Positions 6,093 to 14,586 of a stretch of 19,090 nucleotides of DNA are shown in pieces. The notes beneath the pieces are model-generated. The model did not search any database. It worked only from the letters and a program-made list of their open reading frames with translations, and was not told the DNA's origin. Position 1 is the first letter of the stretch; each line of letters begins with the position of its first letter. The translations under genes were made by a program, and so were the position numbers. Source of the stretch: an uncultured Methanosarcinales archaeon (GTDB taxonomy: Archaea; Nanobdellota; Nanobdellia; Woesearchaeales; GW2011-AR9); NCBI GenBank assembly GCA_964344235.1, contig CAYFMJ010000016.1, positions 1 through 19,090 of the forward strand, read 5' to 3'.

Positions 6093-8285
6093 TCAAATAT
6101 CAAGAACCTTCCAATCTGAAAGGTCACTAGGGTCATATTGATACTTTTTGTTGTCATTATAACGCCAACTACCATTTACATAAATCAAAATTCCTCCCCA
6201 TAGTTTTTTCCCTTTTTTGTTTTGGGCCAGAATGTATTTTTGAAGGCCGTCTGCACGGGTGCCAGCATCTTTGGCAGTAATACCACTTTTTGTATCAAAC
6301 AAACCAATAGTTCCATCTTTGAACATAACTATGAAATCAACATAAAATCCTCTTTCAAAATCACTTTCATCTTTATACAAAACAGCAAAATATTTGATTT
6401 CACTTTCTCCATTCTTAAACCACCATTTTACTTTGTTGGATTGTGATAGTAATTTCATGAAATCTTTCTCTGGTTGACTGGGATTTTTTAGATAAGTTGG
6501 TTCCATTATTGAATTAGAATAACTGGTTTTTTTGTATCTACTATTATAACTAATAATTATTGGAACTTCCCAATTTGCTATTTCTTTTATTTCTCTTTTT
6601 TCACTTAACTGCTTAACTACAGTTGTTTTGTAATGTTCCTTTGATAGATTAATACAATCAACAAACGCTTGTACATTCTCTTTTCCTAAAACAATTTTTT
6701 GTGCAGTTGGATCAAATTTTTCAATGTTACATTCTTTCTTTAAGAATTGGTATAGAGAAGTTTTCATTCTATCGCTTGAATCACGCGGTGCGAAAGGAGT
6801 ACAATTAGAACTTATGAAATTATCAAATCGTCTCTGTAATTCATGGTCTGTTAATTGGACATCAACAGTTCCTTCATGTTCAATTTCACCTGTTTTATCG
6901 ATGTTTACGATTTTCCCATCTGCTATTACTGGGCTAACTATCTTAGATGGGCTTAACTTAATTTTCTCTTTAAGACCTGTTTTAGAAGCAGATTTCATGA
7001 ATATTTTAGCAAATTCACCAGATAGTCTAGTTCTTTCTCTCTGTCTTTTGAGATAAATAGAATTCAACTCAACATTAGAGTAGAGTTCTGGTCTTCTCTT
7101 TGCCTCGTTTACTGTAACATAATCTTTAACAAAATCTTCTGTTATCTCTATGTTCTCTAAATTAGTAAAAACAAAGCCCCTGTTTAGTTCATCGTGTTTT
7201 AGATAGTGTTTTTGTTCTGGCATCCTCATAATCCTTCCAATTGTTTGAATTGTAAATGTGAAACTTTTCGATTCTCTAAAAATAACTAATATTGATGCTC
7301 TAGGACAATCCCATCCTAAAGCAATGGCTTGTTTGAAAACTAAAACTTCAACTTCATTATCATTTTTTTCTATATTTGGTAAAGTATCAGATTTGTCTTC
7401 GGATAACCAGATTGCTAATTTTCCATTTTCTTCAGTAATACCAAATTTATTTTTGAGAATTTTAACAACTTGTTCTTTTTTATCTTCTAAGCCTTCTCTT
7501 TTGTCTGGAAGTTGAATTAAAACTAGTGGATTTACATTAGATTTTTCTGCATGATACATTTTTAGTAATTCTTCACGTTTTTTCAACGATTGTTCTATTA
7601 CTAACTCATCTGCACTTTTAGAACCAATCTTAATGCTCTTAAATTCAGGATTAACTGCAATTTCTGTCTTTATCATCTCTTCTTCTTTAACATCACTAAG
7701 ATTCACTTTTACAATCGCTGAAACATCTTCTTTTAGATGAGGTGTTGCTGAAACTTCAAAAGTTATTTTAGGAGATATGATTTCGATTAATTCTTTTGAT
7801 TTCTCAGAACTTGCAGTATGATGACTTTCATCAATTATTAGAATTATTTCTCTGCCTTCTTCTTTGGTATTTTTTATAATATTATTTAGATTGTTATCTT
7901 GTTCATTATCTCTAACGTAAATATTGATATCTTTCTTGTTTATGCTGTGCCAATTAATGAAGAGAATTTCATTTTCGCTTAATTTTTTATCTTGTAAGTC
8001 ATCAAAATAAGAGCAATGTAATGTCTGGTCAACTTCGTAAAACCTTTCTAATTTGTCTTTACTTTGATCGTGTAGTTTTCTTACAGAAATCCAAATAAAG
8101 GAAAATTTGTGCTGTTTTTGGGATTTTACGAATCTTTTTAGGAATTCTGCCATTATGATGGTTTTGCCAGAGCCTGTAGGAGCCTGAAATACACAAATTT
8201 CATTTTCGTGTGATCTGAGAAGATTTTCTGAATTTTCTAAAAGTCTTTCTACGGCATTTTCCTGATAATCTCGTAATACAATCAT
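6093..8285 (-). CDS. res: Type III restriction enzyme Res subunit (SF2 helicase-like ATPase plus C-terminal nuclease)
   Basis: LRDYQ, QAPTGSGKT, IIDESHH, SATP, ALGWDCPRA, QTIGRIMR, and C-terminal FYVDFIV..LFDTK. Its ATG overlaps the mod stop (ATGA). Confidence 0.92.
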   Translation of the reverse strand: MIVLRDYQENAVERLLENSENLLRSHENEICVFQAPTGSGKTIIMAEFLKRFVKSQKQHKFSFIWISVRKLHDQSKDKLERFYEVDQTLHCSYFDDLQDKKLSENEILFINWHSINKKDINIYVRDNEQDNNLNNIIKNTKEEGREIILIIDESHHTASSEKSKELIEIISPKITFEVSATPHLKEDVSAIVKVNLSDVKEEEMIKTEIAVNPEFKSIKIGSKSADELVIEQSLKKREELLKMYHAEKSNVNPLVLIQLPDKREGLEDKKEQVVKILKNKFGITEENGKLAIWLSEDKSDTLPNIEKNDNEVEVLVFKQAIALGWDCPRASILVIFRESKSFTFTIQTIGRIMRMPEQKHYLKHDELNRGFVFTNLENIEITEDFVKDYVTVNEAKRRPELYSNVELNSIYLKRQRERTRLSGEFAKIFMKSASKTGLKEKIKLSPSKIVSPVIADGKIVNIDKTGEIEHEGTVDVQLTDHELQRRFDNFISSNCTPFAPRDSSDRMKTSLYQFLKKECNIEKFDPTAQKIVLGKENVQAFVDCINLSKEHYKTTVVKQLSEKREIKEIANWEVPIIISYNSRYKKTSYSNSIMEPTYLKNPSQPEKDFMKLLSQSNKVKWWFKNGESEIKYFAVLYKDESDFERGFYVDFIVMFKDGTIGLFDTKSGITAKDAGTRADGLQKYILAQNKKGKKLWGGILIYVNGSWRYNDNKKYQYDPSDLSDWKVLDI

Positions 8286-9982
8286 TTGAATATCCTCCTA
8301 TACACGTTTAGTATAACTTGTGGTATAGGTTTTAAATTAACGAGTTCCAAAACATCTTCAAATTCTTCTTCTCTTGCACTCTCATCTAACGAAAAAACAT
8401 AAACGTTGATTTTTTTACCTGATTTCTTTACTTCTTTTTTGAATGCATCAATTCCATTATCATCATAAACTATACCCAAATAGTCACCGTCATTATTTTT
8501 AAAAATTTTAAAGAATTTTCCTGCTTTGACATCATTAAAACAATTTTCTTTTAAACAAAGCATTTCTGTTGATTGGTCTACTAATTTTTTCTTATTTTTA
8601 TCAGTTGGTTCTCCCTCTACAAACGCAGTTTTAAAATATTTTAAACTATCTTGAAAGCCTGTTATTTTTACACCATCCATATTTTTGTATCCTTTCAAAC
8701 ATTTTTCAATTCTTGGATAACAAACATCTGTACAAATATTATTTTCATTATTAGTGCAAAGAATAAATTTTCTATTTCCATCATCTTCATTATTTAATTC
8801 CAGCAATGCGTGTGCGGTTGTTCCAGAACCTGCAAAAAAATCTAATATTATTGAATTTTCATTACTTGCTATTTCTATTAATCTCTTAATAAGACCGACA
8901 GGTTTTGGAAATTTGAATTTTTCATCACCATTAAAGATATCTTTGAGTATTTCAGAACCAGATTTTGTTGATCCTACATCACGAAGCACTGTTTTAGGAT
9001 TAACAATAGTTCTTTCTTTTCTATATCTAAGAACACCATTACGATTAAAATAAAATTCAAGAACTTTTTGTCCTTTTGTATCTATTGTTTCTTTTCCTGA
9101 AAACCATTGCTCCATCTGTCTTTTTTGTGCCCAGCCTGCTTCCAGAGTAACCTTATGAAGCAATTTCTTGTTTTTACAAATCATTTTTCCTGATACTAAC
9201 CTTGTAGTTTCTGCACCTCCCCATTGGCCTTTTAATTCACTTCCGTTATCAGCGTCCCATCTAGTTCCTGCTGGAAAGGTAAATTTACTGGCAGGGTTTT
9301 TACGACTAATTATCTTTAATGCAGAATGATCAATTATGCCACCTCCGCCTGAGAAATTATCAAGTATGTCTTTATTTTTTGCATATGCCAGAATATATTC
9401 ATGTGATCTTGTAAAATGGCCTGCTTGAGTTCCTGTACTAAGATCCCAAACTAGTACTGATAATAGATTCTTTTCTAGAAAAACCTCATCACATAGAAGT
9501 TTTAATTGTGAAATTTCATTATCGTCAATCGAAATAAAAATTACGCCAGAATTTTTCAAAAGATTTTTTGCTAGTTTCAATCGTTTATTCATAAAAGAAA
9601 GCCATTTGCTGTGTCGATAAGCATCTTCCTTATCGACAATTTTATCATTATAACGAAAGGTATCACCGTTTCCTGTATTGTATGGAGGATCAATGTAAAT
9701 TATGTCCACATTTCCTTTGTGGGTATAGTTTAAAACAGAAAGTGCGTGATAGTTATCTCCTTCAATCAGAATGTGTGTAGAAGATTTTGTTTTAGATTTA
9801 ATTTCTTTATTTTTTACTTCTTTTAGAACAGGAAGATTTCCTTGTGCCTCTCTATCAAATTTTTCTTTAGTTTTTTCTTCGTCCCAAACTATGCCATACT
9901 TCTTTCTTTTCTTGAGTTTCTTAATTTCTCGAATTAAATCATTCTTTGACCAGTCTTTGAAATCCCCGTTTGTTTTATTCAC
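8282..9982 (-). CDS. mod: Type III R-M Mod subunit (adenine DNA methyltransferase)
   Basis: LIEGDNY, IYIDPPYNTG, WLSFM..RL, FISIDDNE, FPKP..LI, ILDFFAGSGTT. Directly upstream of res. Confidence 0.93.
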   Translation of the reverse strand: MNKTNGDFKDWSKNDLIREIKKLKKRKKYGIVWDEEKTKEKFDREAQGNLPVLKEVKNKEIKSKTKSSTHILIEGDNYHALSVLNYTHKGNVDIIYIDPPYNTGNGDTFRYNDKIVDKEDAYRHSKWLSFMNKRLKLAKNLLKNSGVIFISIDDNEISQLKLLCDEVFLEKNLLSVLVWDLSTGTQAGHFTRSHEYILAYAKNKDILDNFSGGGGIIDHSALKIISRKNPASKFTFPAGTRWDADNGSELKGQWGGAETTRLVSGKMICKNKKLLHKVTLEAGWAQKRQMEQWFSGKETIDTKGQKVLEFYFNRNGVLRYRKERTIVNPKTVLRDVGSTKSGSEILKDIFNGDEKFKFPKPVGLIKRLIEIASNENSIILDFFAGSGTTAHALLELNNEDDGNRKFILCTNNENNICTDVCYPRIEKCLKGYKNMDGVKITGFQDSLKYFKTAFVEGEPTDKNKKKLVDQSTEMLCLKENCFNDVKAGKFFKIFKNNDGDYLGIVYDDNGIDAFKKEVKKSGKKINVYVFSLDESAREEEFEDVLELVNLKPIPQVILNVYRRIFK

Positions 9983-10057
9983 TCATAACACACCCGTCTC
10001 TTAATATCTTGATTGAACAGATTAAAAGCATACCTTAACACTACACAAATTCTCTTT

Positions 10058-10072
10058 ATTGTCACTGTAAAA
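10058..10072 (+). promoter_or_regulatory. ATTGTCACTGTAAAA site, near-copy of 12626-12640
   Basis: 14/15 identity with ATTGTCACTGTCAAA at 12626-12640. Lies in the divergent mod / wHTH intergenic region. Confidence 0.45.
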
Positions 10073-10163
10073 TAACAACTAATCACCCAACTGACCTACC
10101 CAATAGGGTAACCCAGTAAGCCTCGCAAATGCTTTTCTTTAATCGCTACAAAAATTTCTACAG

Positions 10164-10454
10164 ATGAGTATGATGGAACAATCCCTAGAACAATTGAAAA
10201 GGAAACGAAACATGGATTCGAGTTTAGAGTTTCGGGATTGTAACATGCAGTCAACAGTATTGAAAACTTCAATCGATGAAAGGATTCTATTGGTTCTTTC
10301 TACAGATTGGGGCAAATGTACTTCGCAAATTGCTAGAGAGGCAGGAATATGCAAATCCACAGCAACTATGCACCTGTGGAAATTATGGGGGTTAGGAGAA
10401 GTAGTAAATTCCGAAAGTGGGAGACAATTACTCTGGAAAATACATAGTGATTGA
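10164..10454 (+). CDS. Winged helix-turn-helix regulator
   Basis: ERILLVL...TSQIAREAGICKSTATMHLWKLWGLGEV..SGRQLLWK. Confidence 0.75.
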   Translation: MSMMEQSLEQLKRKRNMDSSLEFRDCNMQSTVLKTSIDERILLVLSTDWGKCTSQIAREAGICKSTATMHLWKLWGLGEVVNSESGRQLLWKIHSD

Positions 10455-10507
10455 TCCCTAGATACTAGAATCCCCATCAATACGACTAGACGTGTCTATG
10501 AAAATCT

Positions 10508-10732
10508 ATGTCACGAAAAGGAGGAGAGATAAGAAAATGGATAGAACATCACGAATACGGAGAAATCATAATTCTCTGTCTTTTTGGTATAGCAATTCTC
10601 TCCTTACTAACAGTCCTTGGATGGGCATACTTTGTCATTGACATCGAATTTGGAGTTGATAGAATCAAAGAAACTATCTTTAGAGTATGGGAGATGATGA
10701 TAAATGAAGTCGGAAGGTTACCACAGAATTGA
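10508..10732 (+). CDS. Small single-pass membrane protein
   Basis: Hydrophobic run IIILCLFGIAILSLLTVLGWAYFVI; overlaps the next ORF. Confidence 0.7.
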   Translation: MSRKGGEIRKWIEHHEYGEIIILCLFGIAILSLLTVLGWAYFVIDIEFGVDRIKETIFRVWEMMINEVGRLPQN

Positions 10733-10934
10733 TAAGAAAATCAAAAGAAGGTTGCTAAAGTGGTTAGGCTGGCTATTTAGTGCTGTTATCGTCCTCTTCT
10801 TACTCATATTCGGTCTCCTCTTTTTAGCCATCGGCATAGAACTTGATGAATTTCTTCTTTTCATGTTTGATGTGACAAAAGACGTTGGTACCGTCGTTAT
10901 AGAAAATTTGGTAAATGTTACCGTTGGTGGTTAG
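10704..10934 (+). CDS. Small membrane protein with a basic N-terminus
   Basis: KKIKRRLLKW followed by LGWLFSAVIVLFLLIFGLLFLAIGI; its stop abuts the next ATG. Confidence 0.7.
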   Translation: MKSEGYHRIDKKIKRRLLKWLGWLFSAVIVLFLLIFGLLFLAIGIELDEFLLFMFDVTKDVGTVVIENLVNVTVGG

Positions 10935-11240
10935 ATGGAATTAGAAGACGATAAGGAAAAACTGAAAAGTATTTTCCGTTGTGAATTGGATGGAAAGCGT
11001 TACTATTCAGAATCTGTCGAGTGCACTAACTGTAAAAGAATTTGTTGTCTTAACCACATCAAAAACTTTCACGACGAAGAGAAAGGATTTGATTATGCTT
11101 TATGTTCAGAGTGTTATCCCCTAAAGGAAAAAGAGATAGAAGAAAAAGAAAGAAAGGAATACATCGAGAAGGCTAAGATTATTCTCTATCTTCTTGTTGC
11201 CTTCACTGTAATTGCATTGGTGTTTAGATATGCTAGATAA
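10935..11240 (+). CDS. Cys/His-rich zinc-binding protein with a C-terminal transmembrane anchor
   Basis: C..(CTNC)..CC.NH..CSEC followed by IILYLLVAFTVIALVF. Confidence 0.7.
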   Translation: MELEDDKEKLKSIFRCELDGKRYYSESVECTNCKRICCLNHIKNFHDEEKGFDYALCSECYPLKEKEIEEKERKEYIEKAKIILYLLVAFTVIALVFRYAR

Positions 11241-12597
11241 TGTTTTCAAAAACGACATGACAAAAGCACTAGAAAAGGCAAAATGTACTCTAGTTTCAAC
11301 ATTAAATATTGCATGGAATGATGAAAATAAAGTTCTTGTAGTTATAGAAAAAAGACAAAACAGTTACGATATTCATGCAATTAGAATTTATCTTGTAGAA
11401 GATAAAATGCACAAAGTAAGTGCATCTGCAACAACTGACAAAATATCATCTCTTGGAAGCGTTCTAGCAACAAAAATACACAATGTAAGTGTCATGCAAG
11501 GTAAGGGGTCAAGAGTCAAAGACCCACATACATGTCTTGAGGTTTTGTTTACAGTTGATGAATATGAAGAAGAATCTACCCTAATGCCGATTGTTCCTAT
11601 GCAAGAACTAAACCAATATCCAACGGATGGGGGACTATTCGGATATGTCTGCGATCCTTATCTGAATCCCACAAAAACCCCACTTTACATCACGCCTGAA
11701 ATGGTCTTACATCATATCATTGTATCAGGGTCTACAGGATTTGGCAAGACATCCATTCTATTTAGAATCATTACAGAACTCAACAAAGAAAACATCACCG
11801 TATTGGTTCTCACCCCTGAGTCCCATCTACAAACATGGAAATCCTTGGCTAATTCTATTGAGATAGATGAGGAAGTAAGGGAAGGAAAAGTAAACATTCT
11901 CAACTTATCCTATGCCAATAATCTCAAAGAAGAGTCTAGCAGGATACTCAAAGAACTGATAGATAATTACTCAACTCTTGAAGAGACAAGAGGTGTAAGA
12001 CTAACACTTGTTATTGATGAGTCTGAACAGTTTGACCAAGAAAGGATAGAAGAATGTGTTAGGACGTTAAGGAAATTTGGAATCGGTGTAATAGTAGTTT
12101 CTCACAAGTTTACAGGTGATGGAGGCGTTAACGGTAGTATACGTGCCAACGTAAACACTCACATCTCTACTCAAACGGCATGGGAACCAGATATACAAGA
12201 GATGAGAAAGTACCAGCCGAAGAAAGGTTCTGATTTTGCAGGAGTTCTTCGTGTAGCACCTAGAGGATTTTGTGTGGTTAGAAGCAGTTTCCTTAACAGG
12301 GGGTTACCCACCCCCTGCAAGGTGCTTAGAGAATACGAAAAGTTACAGTATGTTGAAAGTAGTTCTTTTGATTCATTACCAAAGGTAACAGGTGACCAAA
12401 CACATGAAAGAAAACGTACGGTTCTTGATGTTATACGACGTAATGCTGGAATTACCGCCGAAGAAATAATGCTCCAACTGAAAATTCCAGAGAAAGAAAA
12501 GAGGTCATTATACCGTACGGTTAGGTATCTAGAAAATGAAAATCTCGTAATAGTAACTACGGGAGACAAGAATCGTAAACATTACACAGTAAGATAA
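11230..12597 (+). CDS. HerA/VirB4/FtsK-superfamily P-loop ATPase with a C-terminal winged helix
   Basis: HIIVSGSTGFGKT (Walker A), LVIDES (Walker B), LRKFGIGVIVVSH. The C-terminus RTVLDVIRRNAGITAEEIMLQL..SLYRTVRYLENENLV is wHTH-like. ATG 11230 overlaps the previous ORF. Confidence 0.8.
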   Translation: MLDNVFKNDMTKALEKAKCTLVSTLNIAWNDENKVLVVIEKRQNSYDIHAIRIYLVEDKMHKVSASATTDKISSLGSVLATKIHNVSVMQGKGSRVKDPHTCLEVLFTVDEYEEESTLMPIVPMQELNQYPTDGGLFGYVCDPYLNPTKTPLYITPEMVLHHIIVSGSTGFGKTSILFRIITELNKENITVLVLTPESHLQTWKSLANSIEIDEEVREGKVNILNLSYANNLKEESSRILKELIDNYSTLEETRGVRLTLVIDESEQFDQERIEECVRTLRKFGIGVIVVSHKFTGDGGVNGSIRANVNTHISTQTAWEPDIQEMRKYQPKKGSDFAGVLRVAPRGFCVVRSSFLNRGLPTPCKVLREYEKLQYVESSSFDSLPKVTGDQTHERKRTVLDVIRRNAGITAEEIMLQLKIPEKEKRSLYRTVRYLENENLVIVTTGDKNRKHYTVR

Positions 12598-12601
12598 GGG
12601 G

Positions 12602-12644
12602 GGTGTTTGACTGTCAATGACAGTCATTGTCACTGTCAAACACC
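12602..12644. repeat. 43-bp nested inverted repeat built from TGACA/TGTCA units
   Basis: Perfect 10-bp outer arms GGTGTTTGAC / GTCAAACACC, inner palindrome CAATGAC-A-GTCATTG (12615-12629), and an extra GTCAAACA at 12645-12652. Confidence 0.8.
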
Positions 12645-12665
12645 GTCAAACAGAAGAGGTGAGAT

Positions 12666-12863
12666 ATGATGAGGCCAAAACTAATGGTACTTTGGCGATG
12701 TAATAATCCGTACTGTCCAACCATAGGAGAAGCGACCGAACCTTTGGCAGTCGACTATTCTACAGTAGATTACAACATAGCCAAATGCCCTCGTTGTGGG
12801 GAATATACTCTGGAAAAAATCAAGGAAGTTTGGACTTCAAGCCTTGATGATGAGGAAATATAA
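12666..12863 (+). CDS. Small Zn-ribbon protein
   Basis: CNNPYC...CPRCG; GAGGTGA RBS upstream. Confidence 0.7.
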   Translation: MMRPKLMVLWRCNNPYCPTIGEATEPLAVDYSTVDYNIAKCPRCGEYTLEKIKEVWTSSLDDEEI

Positions 12864-13174
12864 TGAAATTGGGAGAGAGGATCGAAGAGTTCAGTGCTGA
12901 GAGAAAAATAAGTTTTGATGGAGAATGTTACCATCTAAGACTTCCAATAGACATAATGAAGACTGTACGAAAATACGTTGAAAACATCTTAAATGTTCAT
13001 TGGAGTGGTATTTGGAAAAATGATGACTGGTTATATGTTGTTCTTGGTTTCAAGATGAAAGAGACTGTAAAAGAAACAAAATCAGAAAAAATAACTGTTA
13101 AACAAAATGATGATGGAGATTATGTTGTTCTAAAAGATAGTTATGTCAATGTTTACGAAAGAAGAACTAGATGA
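12863..13174 (+). CDS. Hypothetical protein, possibly an AbrB-like beta-hairpin DNA-binding protein
   Basis: RKISFDGECYHLRLP resembles AbrB-type N-termini (weak resemblance). Coupled to the previous stop (TAATG). Confidence 0.5.
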   Translation: MKLGERIEEFSAERKISFDGECYHLRLPIDIMKTVRKYVENILNVHWSGIWKNDDWLYVVLGFKMKETVKETKSEKITVKQNDDGDYVVLKDSYVNVYERRTR

Positions 13175-13280
13175 AGTCTTGAAAAGATTTGGGTCGAGGT
13201 TCAAGCATATTGAACCCCATGTTATTCTAATTCTTTATGCTTATTTCAAAATGGAAGCACTAAAAGAAATGAAACAATAG
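13143..13280 (+). CDS. 45-aa micro-protein MSMFTKEELDEVLKRFGSRFKHIEPHVILILYAYFKMEALKEMKQ (not in ORF track)
   Basis: Helical, protein-like composition. It fills the gap to 2 nt from the convergent integrase 2 stop. Confidence 0.4.
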   Translation: MSMFTKEELDEVLKRFGSRFKHIEPHVILILYAYFKMEALKEMKQ

Positions 13281-13282
13281 TT

Positions 13283-14572
13283 TCATTTCCTCTGTGCAAC
13301 CATTATGGCGTGTTCTTTAAGAGGAGGAGAGAGGTTTGGATGTGCATTTTTCATTTGTAAAATCTCGTTAAGTTTCTCTTCTATCATTTTCTTAACAAAA
13401 TTTTCTAGAGAATCTGGTTGAGAAAACATTTGTGCTGTTGCGTTTGCATCAATAGTTCTTTGTTGTTCTATGTCCATAGGATTGTTTTCATCAAGTGGCT
13501 TTGTACATTTTTGACAAACTACTGAGGTAACACCGTTCATGTGTTCACAGTTTTTACATATCTTTGGTTTTAACAAACTTTCAACAGGTTTCTTCTCTCT
13601 TTTTATTCCATAAAATTCTAACAGAGGGTCTTCGACATCCTCACCACTAAGATGAAGATAGACTTTCCACATCTTTGAATCTCGACCCCAGCCCATGATT
13701 TGGTTCATTGTAGCAGGGTCTTTCTTAAGGATACGGTATAGTTTGGTGGCTCCGAGATGACGGAAACTATGTGGGTTTGCTCTTGCTTTTACTCCTGCAA
13801 TTTTGGCGGATCGTATTAACATCATTCTAAACTCGGCATAGTCCATTGGTTTTCCATAGTTACCACCACGAAGTTTAACAAACAGGTAGGCTTCGGGATT
13901 ATCCTTGTCAGGATGTTCAAAATTCAGATAGTTGTCAATAAACGGGGCAGAAGCAATCAATGGAATGGGCCTCTGTCCTGTTTTTCCATCTAAAAGGATC
14001 ATGTAGCCATATTTCCATTTCTTGAGATGTTTTATTTGGGGAGGGCCTATTTCTCCTATCCTGCCACGACTGTCAGCAAGTGCCATAATGAACGCTTTGT
14101 CACGGTGATATTTCTGGACTTTAACCATTTTTATAATATCTTCTTCGGTGAGATCAATCCAAGGATATTTTTTTTCGTCTCTGCTTCTAAGTTTAATCCA
14201 TTTTACACAGTCTGGATATTCTTCTCCTCCATTAAGCCACTTGTAGAACTTCTTTGTTCCAACTTTGTAATGATACTTTGTTGCTTCTGCACATTTGTAC
14301 AGTTCTATCGTTTTTACAAGTTCTTTTATGTCTCTCTTGCTTGCTTTTCTAAAATCTTTTTTCATCCACTTTCCGACTTTCAATAAACTGAATGCATGTC
14401 TTGTTGTTGTAGGAAAAGCAAGTGGACTTCCGTGTCCTGCTCCGTCAATCCTACAGTCATCTAAGAAGTCTAGTATTAACTTCCTGTTTTGTTTTGTAAT
14501 CTCATCGTTTTTCTCGATGAGTTTTCGTGCACCCTCCAAACGTTTTTCATAGTTGTAGATGTCTCTTTTCAT
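13283..14572 (-). CDS. int: Tyrosine recombinase/integrase 2 (Xer-like archaeal family with a C-terminal Zn ribbon)
   Basis: DIYNYEKRL N-terminus, RGRIGE, DGKTGQR, PHSFRH, IMGW, KVYLHL, then CKNC..CQKC. GGAGGT RBS at 14579-14584. Confidence 0.9.
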   Translation of the reverse strand: MKRDIYNYEKRLEGARKLIEKNDEITKQNRKLILDFLDDCRIDGAGHGSPLAFPTTTRHAFSLLKVGKWMKKDFRKASKRDIKELVKTIELYKCAEATKYHYKVGTKKFYKWLNGGEEYPDCVKWIKLRSRDEKKYPWIDLTEEDIIKMVKVQKYHRDKAFIMALADSRGRIGEIGPPQIKHLKKWKYGYMILLDGKTGQRPIPLIASAPFIDNYLNFEHPDKDNPEAYLFVKLRGGNYGKPMDYAEFRMMLIRSAKIAGVKARANPHSFRHLGATKLYRILKKDPATMNQIMGWGRDSKMWKVYLHLSGEDVEDPLLEFYGIKREKKPVESLLKPKICKNCEHMNGVTSVVCQKCTKPLDENNPMDIEQQRTIDANATAQMFSQPDSLENFVKKMIEEKLNEILQMKNAHPNLSPPLKEHAIMVAQRK

Positions 14573-14586
14573 AACACTACCTCCGA

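Noticed and set aside
8282-9982. Phase-variable simple repeat in mod
   Set aside because: I saw no tandem repeat tract, only short homopolymers typical of AT-rich DNA, and the frame is intact.
3082-10004. Short nested ORFs inside ago, res and mod (for example 3082-3264, 3806-4027, 6724-7056, 8754-9053)
   Set aside because: Alternative-frame or antisense shadows of well-supported long genes.
10508-12597. Assignment as a pleolipovirus, fusellovirus or inovirus provirus
   Set aside because: No spike, Rep or recognisable capsid protein. Small TM proteins plus an ATPase are not diagnostic, so this is kept only as a hypothesis.
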